DNA of 64,000 nucleotides from Macrostomum lignano (taxonomy: Eukaryota), in the NCBI GenBank assembly GCA_002269645.1, contig NIVC01003919.1:1-64000 (forward strand). Direction: 5' to 3'. The notes under the pieces were generated by a model. That model saw nothing but the letters and a program-made list of their open reading frames with translations. It was not told the origin of the DNA and ran no database searches. Position numbers and translations under genes: made by a program. Shown here one piece after another: positions 38,283 through 59,578 of the stretch; positions within the stretch are counted from its first letter, which is position 1, and each line of letters opens with the position of its first letter.

Positions 38283-41200
38283 ATGCAAATGCCGATGTGG
38301 CTGCTGCTGCTGCTGCTGCTGCTGGCCTCATCAGTGAGCACCAGCATCCGAGGAGACTGTGAGTGCGTTTTCACCAAATCAACAATTATAAATGAATAGC
38401 ACGGAATTAAATTGAGCTGACTGCTCAGCCTGTGCTCACCATTGCAGGCGAGTTCCCGATTCGCCAGAGCCGCGTCCTGAGCTCCTGGCAGTCGTCCTTT
38501 GATGACGGCCCGACTTGCTTTTACAACAGAAGCCGCGCTGATGAGGAATCCGTGCTCAAAAACAAAACCTTTAGCTACCGGTTCTTCCACAGCAAAGGCC
38601 AGAGCTCAGCAGACGGCGGGTTTCACTGGTTTGCAGTGCAGCTGAATGAGCCAGTGCTCATCAGATCTGTGACTGTGAAGGGCAGAGAGGGTGAGTCACT
38701 CACTCAAATGCGGGCTCAAAGTCTGCTTCCTCTGCTCACGGTGCTCTCGCATTCCAGATCATGCATCGTGGGTCTTTGAAAGAGCCAGAGGCGTTGAGAT
38801 CTGGACATCAGACAGCAGCAGCCAGCTGTTCTCAGGAGATCACTGCAGCTCAAGGAGCATGAGCAGCCAGTTCAATCAGTCCCAGCAGCACTGGAGACTG
38901 TGTGGGGTCACGGAGAGCAACAATTCACAAATCATAGCTGGAGAGATCTTCACAGTGAACTGCGTTGCAGAGGTAAGATTACAGATAGAGATGTGTACAA
39001 AAAGTTGAAAAGCTGAGGGCGTGATCAACTCAAGTAATTAATGATCATGCAATGCATGGAGGAGGAACTCTCTTGACCTTAAATCCATTTCGATACTTAT
39101 AAATCTGTTTGACACATCTTTCTAAGTCTATTTCAACAAAATTGATATGCAATTCAGACAGTTCTCGTTTCACTCTCAATTGTCTCTTAAGACAAATTCA
39201 TATTAATCAGTCATCATCTTATTTAGATAAGTTTTATTCAGTCATTTGGGCGACACTTTCCAATCTTTCCAATCTTTCTATTCGATGCTGGCATGCCTAA
39301 ACAGACGCATAGAAATAATTTTCTAAAATGATATTACGAAATTGCATAATGAGATATCTGAATCACAGAATTTACAAAACACACAGTATATTCTGTGGTC
39401 TGAATTGCATATCGGTTTTGTTGAATTAGACAGGGAAAATGTGATAACTCATAACGTATTTTGTTTTATCATTCGATTCTCTCAACTTTAGACAAGGCAG
39501 CTGCTGCTCAGAAGAAACATTACGTCAGCCGATGCATCGAGCTATCACGATTACATGAGCTTTGCAGATCTCAGGCTTCAAACATTTCAGCTGGGTGAGT
39601 CCGCAACTCTGATATGTAATTCTGCAGATTGTGGATACTGTCGAAACATGAATTAATGCAAAAAGCCCATCAAGATGATGCTCTTTGAAAATCCACTTTG
39701 GAAATTTACAGAGGCCTCAAAAGCTGAGTTGGTGGCGGAGAACTCCAGCTTCTCAGTGAGCTGCGCACTGCGATGCAGCGGCCCACCGGACGCAACTTCA
39801 AGGGATCTGCAGCTCTGCTCTCCGAACGGCAGCTGCACTGCATCACAGGAGCTGCGGGTTCCCAGAGCGCAGCCTCAGCACTCTGGAAACTACACATGCA
39901 GACTGGGCTCTGTGGAAAAGCGCACTGGCGTGGCTGTGCTGTGTTAGTGGCAATACTTTGTTCGGCTTCATTTTAAATATACTTTCGGGCTTTCTCAAAT
40001 GATAGAAATATTATTAAATGCTCGCATGGTCGAAACACAGAAAATTATTCTCTTTGTAAATCTTGCTGCATCACTTAACATGCATTTTTTATCAAGCTAG
40101 CATTTTCAGAAGCGGTCAAGGAATATTGTGCTAAACTCGATCTCTCCAGCGCCCTCAGGCCCACAAGTGGTGGCGGAGAACTCCAGCTTCTCAGTGAGCT
40201 GCTCGCTGCACTGCAGCGGCTCAGATCTGTGCTCAAATTCAAGCACACTGCAGTTCTGCTTGCCGAACGGCAGCTGCACAGGCAGCCACAGGATGGCCGT
40301 TGCAGTGGCGCAGCCTCAGCACTCTGGAAGCTACACCTGCAGACTGGGCTCTGTGGCGACTCGGACTTCCGTCACCGTACTGTGTGAGCTCTTGAAACTT
40401 TATATTTTGATGTGCACAAGCGACTAATGCTTTGAAACTTCTGAAAATGCTTCCAGTGAAAAGAAGTTTATTCTAAATATTAGAACTAGAATCATGAACG
40501 AGTAGGCACACGAGTCACAACGTGGCGCACGTTTCGCACCTGGAAATGAATGCTCTGTACATTATTTTTGTCTGACTTACGCTCGAATTCATTCCTAATT
40601 GACTTATTACACGCTTTTGTTTTCGAAAGCCCAGCTGAACAAATGAATTTGCTTCATTGGTTGAGTAACAAAAATTACCTGCCTCTTTCTCATTCAGCAT
40701 CCTCTCAGCCCCAGATCGTGGCGCAGAACTCCAGCTTCTCAGTGAGCTGCTCGCTGCACTGCAACTGCTCAGATCTGTGCTCAAACTCAAGCGGACTGCA
40801 GCTCTGCTTGCCGAACGGCAGCTGCACAGGCAGCCACAAGATGGCCGTTGCAGTGGCGCAGCCTCAGCACTCTGGAAACTACACCTGCAGACTGGGCTCT
40901 GTGGAGTCTCTGACTTCAGTCACCGTGCTGTGTGAGTGGGCGAACTACTTTGATTTGCATGTACACTCTTCTATAGATGGTTTAACTGAGAAACCTAATC
41001 GAGCACTGACTGCATCGCTGCAGACCCGCCATCGAAGGTGTACATAACATTTCTGAATCAGGGTAGCTGCGTCAGCCCATCGGATGTGACAGTGCAGTTC
41101 GCTTCCTCTGCGTCTCATCCGCGTGTTGAGCACAAATGCAGCGCCGCTGACGCCAAGGGTGTCTCACTGCTCAATATGACACGCCTGTCTTTGGTGAGTT

Positions 41201-42655
41201 GCAGTTTGAGAAAATATGAGTCAAGATTGGCTGACTGAATCATATGACGCGATGCGCATTGCAGAGCTCGGGTGGAGACGGCTCTGTCAGCCAGTGGAAA
41301 CTGGACAGCGATGGAGAACAGAGTCTGGGACTGAAAATCCGCATCAACTGTAGCGCACTGCAGGAGCTTCCAAAAAATCAGCTTCCAGGCCACCAACCTC
41401 CAGGACTTAGCTGAGCTGACCTGCCCAATGCTTGCCACCATCCAATCTCTCTTTGGTGTCCTCGCAGCATCCGTCATCTGTAGCGCCGGTCTGGTCTTCC
41501 TCAGTGCAACCATCGCAGCTCTGGTAAATGATAAGCCTCTCCTTGAGTCAGTTCTCGTCACAGACACACACTAGTTAACTTACTAGATTGCTTGAAAAAA
41601 CATGAAACACCTAAATACAGCGCGTGTGCATGGCGAGCAAGAGATAAGAGGAATGGTGTCCCTGCCCCCAGCCAGGCGATAAACAGTTAGGCGCTATGTC
41701 TAACCTTAACCTCTCTCCTTACTGCTCTCTCATTGGCTGAGCTAGATTGGGCCTGCCCCCTAGGCTGAGTTCGTCCGTCTAACTTTCACCTCTCTCCTTA
41801 CTGCTCTCTCATTGGCTGAGCTAGATTGGGCCTACCCCCTAGGCTGAGTTTCGTCCGTCTAACTGTAACCTCTCTCCTTACTGCTCTCTCATTGGCTGAG
41901 CTAGATTGGGCCTACCCCCCTAGGCTGAGTTTTGTCCGTCTAACTTTAACCTCTCTCCTTACTGCTCTCTCATTGGCTGAGCTAGATTGGACCTACCCCC
42001 TTCTATGCTGAGTTTCCGTCCGTCTTGCATTTACTGTGTACATGGAGTTAAACATTCTCAACTCCATTATGCTGGTGAGGTTGCAAACCTCGAGGACGGA
42101 GAGGAAATTTTATCTGTGACAGAAAATTAAAGTGACACTGCGCAAAACAACTACTGAAAAAGAGTTGACGCTCTGCTTTTTTTCAGAAATTTTATTGCGA
42201 GTGGCATATTTAGTTATTTTTATATCTGCAGTTCTCGTGTACTAATTGCCAGTGCATAATGCCCTGCGTTTCAGCGCAAGGCTCGGTCCAGCCACCCACC
42301 AGCAGCCCCGCCGAATGTCAACTCAACTTGCATCGTGGACTCGGAGCTGCAAGCGGTTGCTGAAGAAGCTCCCGTACAAGGCGGGGTGAGTCTCTGCTAA
42401 TGGGGATAGCCATTGCTTTTTGGAATGCAAAAGACAGCGGGTCATTTGGCTTCGGTAGCGGCTGTCGGGTGCTGCTTAGATGTCAAGCAGATGGAGCCGC
42501 CTGCCCACCTCACCCGATTCCAGGCAGTCGGCAGCAGCGAGCCGGAGTGCAGCTACCTCACTGTGGCCGCCGCTGCACCAGCTGGTCAGGATGAGCTGCG
42601 CGACTCCGACAGCGAATGCACCGAGTTCATCGAGATGGTGGCTGACGGCGACTGA
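38283..42655 (+). CDS. Type I membrane receptor, paralog 1: signal peptide, F-type-lectin/discoidin-like domain, three Ig repeats, a further Ig-like domain, TM and Tyr-containing tail
   Basis: Exons 38283-38358, 38448-38690, 38758-38972, 39492-39594, 39712-39942, 40150-40383, 40698-40931, 41024-41193, 41265-41523, 42275-42385 and 42524-42655, with canonical splice sites and compatible phases. Ig motif SVSC...SG.YTC. One frameshift at ~41370 (ttccaaaaaatc). Confidence 0.8.
41693..42020. repeat. ~80-bp intronic tandem repeat, about 4 copies
   Basis: Repeated aacctctctccttactgctctctcattggctgagctagattgg. Confidence 0.85.
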
Positions 42656-43466
42656 CTCAGCTGGGGTGCTGCAGGCTGGAGAGCAAGCAATGAAAATTTC
42701 ACTCCGGCATCTGAAATTGATCTTGAATGGATCTAAGATCCTAATGATAATAAATTACTCGCAATAAATGAGTTAATTCAGAAATCGTTAAAACAAAACA
42801 TGGTTGTTAAGTGGAAATACAAACTGGAAAATATCGAGCATCTGGAGGCTGCAGGCCCATGGAGTTCTTTGGTGAACATTTAAGAGTGGCGCATTAGCTT
42901 CCTTTATAATGAATATGTTGCGTTCATAATGGATTTTTTTCTGCTAAATCAATTGGTATTTTACTATTTAGTCTGTTGTGAATTCGTAACTCATATATTT
43001 GCCCTTACTGTAGTCTCTCTATCTCTCTCTCTCCCTCTGCCAACCCTCCCCACCCCTTCCATGCTTGCAACTTGTTGTGAGCTATTTTCTTAGAGTACTT
43101 TATTTATTTTTTTGGTGCCACTGCACTAGACCCAATCAATTGATGAACTATTATTGTAGTTGTTTATTTGTCCAGCCTATGTCTGCAACTTTCTCACCCC
43201 TGATTATTATTATTATCCCTCCCCCTCCGTGCTCTCTCATTGGCTGTCGCTGTTTTCTGTAATTCTGGTTTTCTACCCCCCAGTCGCGTTTTGTGTGGCT
43301 GCAGCCAATCCCCGCTCGCTCTCTCTACGCACCCCGCCTTTTCTCTTACCCTGCAGCTTTTGCCCCACCCCATGTTGTGCTGGCAGATATTTATTGGCGT
43401 GCGCTCCTGTCCTCTCCCAAACCTCGAACTAATTTTACACCAATAATTCGGAATACCAAATATATA

Positions 43467-43876
43467 CTAGTAGCGTAAGAGCCCCGGATAGGGGCTGACG
43501 CGCTCGAACTTATCAAGTGAAAAAAAGTCCTCTCCCCCCCCATGCGACCGCTTCTCCTCTGACTCCTTCGCCGCAAATAGTATATGACAATAAACCAAAA
43601 ACAAGCGTGCCAACAATCGTCTTCAACATAGACGCCCAGCGCGCCAAGTATCAGCGCCACAGTAAGTATCGTTCTGTTCCTGTTATTTCGGGGTCAAGTG
43701 CCTCTAGGATTTTGTCACCGGGGCCTGTGCGTTCGCTGCGACCCTGGTTGCTGGCCTACTGCCTGCGCGTTTGTGCGACAGTGGGTTGGCAAGCAGCAGG
43801 ACTGGGGCTGCGTTTTCCTGCTCGTACAGAGCGCCAGACGTAGCTGGCTGGTCCGTCTCGGGACACAACATTAAGA
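43467..43876 (-). mobile_element. Candidate non-autonomous Helitron (~410 bp)
   Basis: On the minus strand: 5' A|TCTTAATG at 43876 and a 3' hairpin AGCCCC-tatcc-GGGGCT about 9 nt before CTAG|T at 43467. Single copy in the window, so the 5' end is tentative. Confidence 0.5.
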
Positions 43877-44405
43877 TTATCATTATCATTATGATGTTGA
43901 GGAAAACTTTGAAATAATTTTCACGTTCAAGCTTTTGTTTATCAAAGCGTCAAAAAAAATTCAATCATGAATTCTGTCAGATTTGTGGCGCAAAGTCTTC
44001 GAAATCCGTGAATTTGGTTTTTGTTAATAAATTGGTGTCTATTTTTACTTGTCAACCACAGTAAGCTGCGCCGAATGCATCCAAATTAGTGAATTTTTAG
44101 ACGGAGGCGCTGTCCAATTTCTGACTGGAACAAACACTTGTTAACCTCAGTTAAACTGGTTGCAAGTGCAAGTGGTGAATGAGTTTAAGATTCCTGCAGG
44201 GTATTCTTGGCAGCAGTTGGCTATATTCGGACGGTAACATCAACTGGGCGGGCTAGGAATGCATATGCTGTGAATCACGTGACCGTCCAAAAGACTTTAA
44301 ACAAAAGATCGCTAATTTAAGTGTTTTTTTCGACCATTTTCCGAATACGTCGCCGCCAACAAGACACTTCAGAAGAGAATAAAATCTTGAAGAAAGCACT
44401 TGTCA

Positions 44406-47400
44406 ATGAGATCCTGGCTCCGTTTGATGTCGCTGCTGCTGGCATCAGTGAGCGCTACAGTCTACGGAGACTGTAAGTCTGTGCTTGCTACTGAATCTCA
44501 TGCTCTGCTGAAACTAATTACCAATTTGTGCTTGACTTCCTGTGCTCACCACTGCAGGTGAGTTCCCGATTCGCCAGAGCCGCGTCATGAGCTCCTGGCA
44601 GTCGTCCTTTGATGACGGCCCGACTTGCTTTTACAACAGAAGCCACACTGATGAGGAATCCGTGCTCAAAGACAAAACCTTTAGCTACCGGTTCTTCCAC
44701 AGCAAAGGCCAGAGCTCAGCAGACGGCGGGTTTCACTGGTTCGCAGTGCAGCTGAATGAGCCACTGCTCATCAGATCTGTGACTGTGAAGGGCAGAGAGG
44801 GTGAGTCACTCACTCAAATGCGTGCTCCAAGTCTGCTGTCTCTGCTCACGGTGCTCTCGCATTCCAGATGACAAATCGCATGTCTTTGAAAGAGCCAGAG
44901 GCATTGAGATCTGGACATCAGACAGCAGCAGTCAGCCGTTCTCAGGAGATCACTGCAGCTCAAGGAGCATGAGCAGCCAGTTCAGAGAGTCCCAGCAGCA
45001 CTGGAGACTGTGTGGGGTCACGGAGAGCAACAATTCACAGATCGCAGCTGGGGAGATCTTCACAGTGAACTGCGTTGCAGAGGTGAAATTACAGATAGAG
45101 ATATGTTTACAATAAAATGTAAAAAATCGGAGGGCGTGATTAACTCTAAATTATATGCTTGTAAAATGCATAAAAGAGGAACTCTCTTGACCTGAAATAC
45201 ATTTCGATACTCCCAAATCTGTCTGGTAAAGTGGTGGCATCTCGTAACGCATTTATGTTTTATCATTTGATTCTCTCAACTTTAGACAAGGCAGCTGCTG
45301 CTCAGAAGAAACATTACGTCAGCCGATGCATCGAGCTCTCACGATTACATGAGCTTTGCAGATTTCAGGCTTCAAACATTTCAGCTGGGTGAGTCCACAA
45401 CTCTGATATGCAGATCTTCAGATTGAGGATAGTGTCGAAGTATGAAGATAAATGCTTTAAATTTCATCAAGAAGAAGCTCTTAATAAGCCATGTTAACAA
45501 ATTACAGAAGCCTCAAAAGCTCAGTTGGTGGCGGAGAACTCCAACTTCTCAGTGAGCTGCGCACTGCGATGCAGCGGCCCACCGGACGCCACGTCAAGGG
45601 ATCTGCAGCTCTGCTCTCCGAACGGCAGCTGCACTGCATCACAGGAGTTGCGGATTGCCAGAGCGCAGCCTCAGCACTCTGGAAGCTACACCTGCAGACT
45701 GGGCTCTGTGGCGACTCGGACTTCGGTCACCGTGCTGTGTGAGTTCTTTTAACTTTACATTTTGATGCAGTATGTCAACAATGTCATTAATTAGCAGGAG
45801 TAGACGGAATAAGTTTTTTTTTCAATAAAATTCGAATTTGCTGTTCAGTTAGAAATAATCTTTGCAGACCCGCCGTCGAACGTGTCAGTCCCAGTGCTGC
45901 ACTGTCAGAGTCAGTCAGTTGGGATGGTGCAGTTCGCATCGTCGGCATCTGAGCCGGCGCCTGAGCACAGATGCAGCGCTGAGTCTGTTGGTGGAATGAC
46001 AGCGCAGAATCTTACTTTTCAGTCACTGGTATGTTTCCTGTATGCTCTGCTCTGATAGATCCTGTGTTTTTGGAGAATCACAATACAGTATGCCGATGCG
46101 GCATTGCAGAACTCAAACGGGAGCGGCTCCTTTAGTCAGTGGAAGCTGGACATTGGCCGGGACTGGCCCAATGGCGGGACTGTACTCATCAACTGCAGTG
46201 CTCTGCTGCTAAATAATCTCAGCTTCCACTTGTTCCAGTCGAGCATTGTACAACTCAACTGCTCAACGTCTAGGACCATCGCAGCCCCGATCCTCTTCAG
46301 TGTCGGACTGACCCTCTTGGCTGTTGCAATAACTGCTTTGGCCGTGTTGGTGAGTCAGGAAGTAAAAACACTGTTTTGGCGCTAGTATATTTCACAATAA
46401 GTGACAACTCCTGGAACAGCTTCAGCGCAGGGCTTGTCCGTCAAGAGATGAGCCACCAGCAACCGGATTTAGTCCAAACTCGGACTGCATCGTCGCCTCC
46501 GACACTCGAATAGTTGCTCCAGTGGAACGAGAGACTCCTGTGAGTCTGGCTTGTAATAATAATTATTACTATTAGCTCGCCAAAAACCCTCAATTACCCC
46601 AGCTAATGCTGGCACCCATTTTACAGCTGGGTGAACTGAAGCGATGCAGAGTTGAGTGTCTTGCTCAAGAACGCAAACTGTTCCAAGTGGGTCGAGATTC
46701 GAACCCCCGACCTTTCATTAGAGTGGGTGCCATCTCATTAGAGTGGGTGCCATCTCATTAGAGTGGGTGCCATTTCATTAGAGTGGGTGCCATCTCATTG
46801 TAGTGGGTGCCATCTCATTGTAGTGGGTGCCATCTCATTGGAGTGGGTGCCATCTCATTGGAGTGGGTGCCATCTCATTAGAGTGGGTGCCATTTCATTA
46901 GAGTGGGTGCCATCTCATTAGAGTGGGTGCCATCTCATTAGAGTGGGTGCCATCTCATTGGAGTGGGTGCCATCTCATTAGAGTGGGTGCCATCTCATTA
47001 GAGTGGGTGCCATCTCATTAGAGTGGATGCCATCTCATTAGAGTGGGTGCCATCTCATTGGAGTGGGTGCCATCTCATTAGAGTGGGTGCCATCTCATTA
47101 GAGTGGGTGCCATCTCATTGTAGTGGGTGCCATCTCATTGGAGTGGGTGCCTCTCATTGGAGTGGGTGCCTCTCATTAGAGTGGGTGCCATCTCACTGGA
47201 GTGGGTGCCATCTGACTGGAGTGGGTGCCATCTGACTGGAGTGGGTGCCATCTGACTGGAGTGGGTGCCATCTCATTGGAGTGGGTGCCATCTCATTGGA
47301 GTGGGTGCCATCTCACTGGAGTGGGTGCCATCTCACTGGAGTGGGTGCCATCTCATTGGAGTGGGTGCCATCTCACTGGAGTGGGTGCCTCTCATTGTAG

Positions 47401-47697
47401 TGGGTGCCATCTCATTGGAGTGGGTGCCATCTCACTGGAGTGGGTGCCATCTCATTGGAGTGGGTGCCATCTCACTGGAGTGGATGCCATCTCACTGGAG
47501 TGGGTGCCATCTCACTGGAGTGGGTGCCATCTCACTGGAGTGGGTGCCACCTCACCCGATTCCAGGCAGTCGGCAGCAGCGAGCCGGAGTGCAGCTACCT
47601 CACTGTGGCCGCCGCTGCACCCGCTGGTGAGGCCGAGCTGCTGGACTCCGACAGCGAATGCACCGAGTTCATCGAGATTGTGGCTGACGGTGACTGA
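44406..47697 (+). CDS. Type I membrane receptor, paralog 2: same layout with a single N-terminal Ig repeat
   Basis: Exons 44406-44472, 44558-44800, 44868-45082, 45286-45388, 45508-45738, 45868-46028, 46110-46349, 46426-46539 and 47566-47697; frame appears open throughout. TM ILFSVGLTLLAVAITALAVL. Confidence 0.85.
46572..46713 (-). mobile_element. tRNA-derived SINE, family 2, 5'-truncated
   Basis: Reverse complement contains ggttcgaatc (B box) and cttgagcaagacactcaactctgcat...cacccagctgtaaaatgggtgccagc, matching 5783-5935. Confidence 0.7.
46716..47552. repeat. 20-bp minisatellite (cattagagtgggtgccatct) in the last intron of receptor 2
   Basis: About 40 tandem units. Confidence 0.95.
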
Positions 47698-48309
47698 TTG
47701 AAATGGTTGCTTATCAAGGAACTGCTGGCTGAAAAGCATGGAAGTGACGTAGTGCTCGTAGTGCTGTTAAATCGCTTTTTAGTTGGAAAGCAAAGTACCT
47801 TATTCATTAATTCGAAGGTAGGGAAAATTAAGCATATCAACCTTCATTCTACCAATTTTAAAATTAGTCAAAATGTGTTTAGAGTATTACTAAAAATAGG
47901 CACAGATCTAAACCGCGTATTAAACACTGACAACGCTTAATTTCGTTATTCGAGAAGTGCAGAATGCGACAGGATTGTCATACATTAATCTATTTATCAA
48001 GCTTTGCATCCTGTATTTGTATTCCATTTCTTCACGGCTGTCTTGCTGATGTGCCCTTGAATATCCCTGTAGAATATAATTAGTATGGCTGCATGCCGAG
48101 TAAGATTTCGATGAACCTCGGTCGCCACTTTCTGTTATTCAGGCTGCACTACACAAATAGTCACAGGTGAATGTTTGAGTGCGGATGCACCTGTCTGCTT
48201 TCTGAATTGCAGCAACATTGCTGGGTTCGAATCAGAATTTTTTCAGCCTCCCACAGAGGCTGTCAGTACTTCTCAGATGTGTTAGCATTCAACGGATGTC
48301 AGTATTTTA

Positions 48310-49010
48310 CGTGTCAGCATCCCTCAGATGTGTCAGCTTCCCTCAGATGTGAGCATCCCTCAGATGTGTCAGCTTCCCTCAGATGTGAGCATCCCTCAGA
48401 TGTGTCAGCTTCCCTCAGATGTGAGCATCCCTCAGATGTGTCAGCTTCCCTCAGATTTGTCAGCATCCTCAGATGTGTCAGCATCCCTCAGATGTGTCAG
48501 CATCCCTCAGATGTGAGCATCCCTCAGATGTGTCAGCATCCTCAGATTTGTCAGCATCCTCAGATGTGTCAGCATCCTCAGATTTGTCAGCTTCCCTCAG
48601 ATGTGTCAGCATCCCTCAGATGTGTCAGCTTCCCTCAGATGTGAGCATCCCTCAGATGTGTCAGCATCCCTCAGATGTGTCAGCATCTCACAGATGTGTC
48701 AGCAACCCACAGATGTGTCAGCATCCCACAGATGTGTCAGCATCCCACATTTATATGTGTCAGCATCCCACATTTATGTGTCAGCATCCCACATTTATAT
48801 GTGTCAGCATCCCACATTTATGTGTCAGCATCCCACATATGATGTCAGTGGTTCTCAGATGTGTCAGCATCCCACAGATGTGTCAGCATCCCACATTTAT
48901 ATGTGTCAGCATCCCACATTTATGTGTCAGCATCCCACATTTATATGTGTCAGCATCCCACATTTATATGTGTCAGCATCCCACATATGATGTCAGTGGT
49001 TCTCATATGT
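48310..49010. repeat. Degenerate ~19-20-bp minisatellite (tcagcatccctcagatgtg)
   Basis: Directly visible; gives periodic junk ORFs. Confidence 0.9.
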
Positions 49011-49402
49011 GCCAGCACCTCATTGAATTTGAAAGTACTTATGACAAGCCTGCAACAAAAATACATTAAATAATGATTTAAACGACTTAAAAACTAAAGC
49101 CAAAGTCTTTGCAGAACAAAGTTAAACTTACGAAAGCAGATACTCAAGCAGCAGGGCATACAGTTATATTAAAGCATATTATTGAAAGCTAGAGTAACAA
49201 TTAAAAAACATAAAAAGCAACTCAGTAAAATGAAGCCCTGTTAACATTCGGGAATAATTCAGCAGAGTATCTCATTCAGAAGCCAATCTCGCAGCTATGT
49301 TGCAGAGAATTACGCAAAACAAACGGGATTTGAAGAAACTGGGATTAAATTTGTTAGCAACTGTCCAAGGTCAAAATGCTGTTTCACATTTCGAAGCCAT
49401 AA

Positions 49403-58655
<9,253 letters not shown>

Positions 58656-58680
58656 CTGAATGAGAGGGCAGGTGCTGGGG
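58656..58680 (-). promoter_or_regulatory. Candidate trans-splice acceptor of TBCD
   Basis: ctgccctctcattcAG|GCC AAA TCG... is in frame (phase 0) with the TBCD ORF; no in-frame ATG nearby upstream. Confidence 0.6.
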
Positions 58681-58694
58681 TTAGCCTGGGTGTT

Positions 58695-59107
58695 TCTGTC
58701 TTAGTGTCTTTGTCTGCCTGTCTTGTCTGTCTCAGTGTCTTTGTCTGCCTGTCTTGTCTGTCTCAGTGTCTTTGTCTGCCTGTCTTGTCTGTCTCAGTGT
58801 CTTTGTCTGCCTGTCTTGTCTGTCTCAGTGTCTTTGTCTGCCTGTCTTGTCTGTCTTAGTGTCTTTGTCTGCCTGTCTTGTCTGTCTTAGTGTCTGTCAG
58901 CCTGTCTTGTCTGTCTTAGTATCTGCCTTAGTTTCTGTCTTAGTGTCTGTCTTAGTGTCTGTCTTAGCGTCTGCCTTAGTGTCTGTCTTAGTATCTATCT
59001 GTCTTAGTGTCTGTCTGTCTGTCTGTCTTAGCGTCTGATTTAGCGTCTGCCTTAGTGTCTGTCTTAGTATCTATCTGTCTTAGTGTCTGTCTTAGTGTCT
59101 GTCTTAG

Positions 59108-59159
<52 letters not shown>

Positions 59160-59160
59160 A
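58695..59160. repeat. Low-complexity (TGTC)-rich tandem repeat upstream of the TBCD acceptor
   Basis: Directly visible. Confidence 0.9.
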
Positions 59161-59578
59161 GCCTATCTATCTAGCATTCTGAGGGATAGGGATCTGGTCT
59201 AGAGCACAAATGGATAATACAGTAAGTGTACCGGACAAGCATGAACTATACTAAAGCCAACTTACTGGATCATATCCCTACAGCTGGAACTATGGTAACA
59301 GTTCGGCCTAAATTCCTAACAACTGAGCAGTCAAAATAAAATGAAGAAAAACAGAAAACCAGCAATTCCGCTAAGTTGGCAAAAGACTGCACCATTTTTA
59401 CACTAGATGGCAAGGCTTCGGAAAAAAGAATTTCTGACTCCACAAAATTGGAGAAAGCCGTAAAAAACAGATGAAGCATAGCAGCTGCACAGACAAAACC
59501 GATTGAGATCATAATCGGGCTATTTAACAGTAGAACTACTAAGGGGAAATTCCCCCTGACAATTTTTTGCTGATAAAC

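Noticed and set aside
47023-49073. Long periodic ORFs (MPSHWSGC..., MCQHPSDV...)
   Set aside because: These are translations of minisatellites in several frames.
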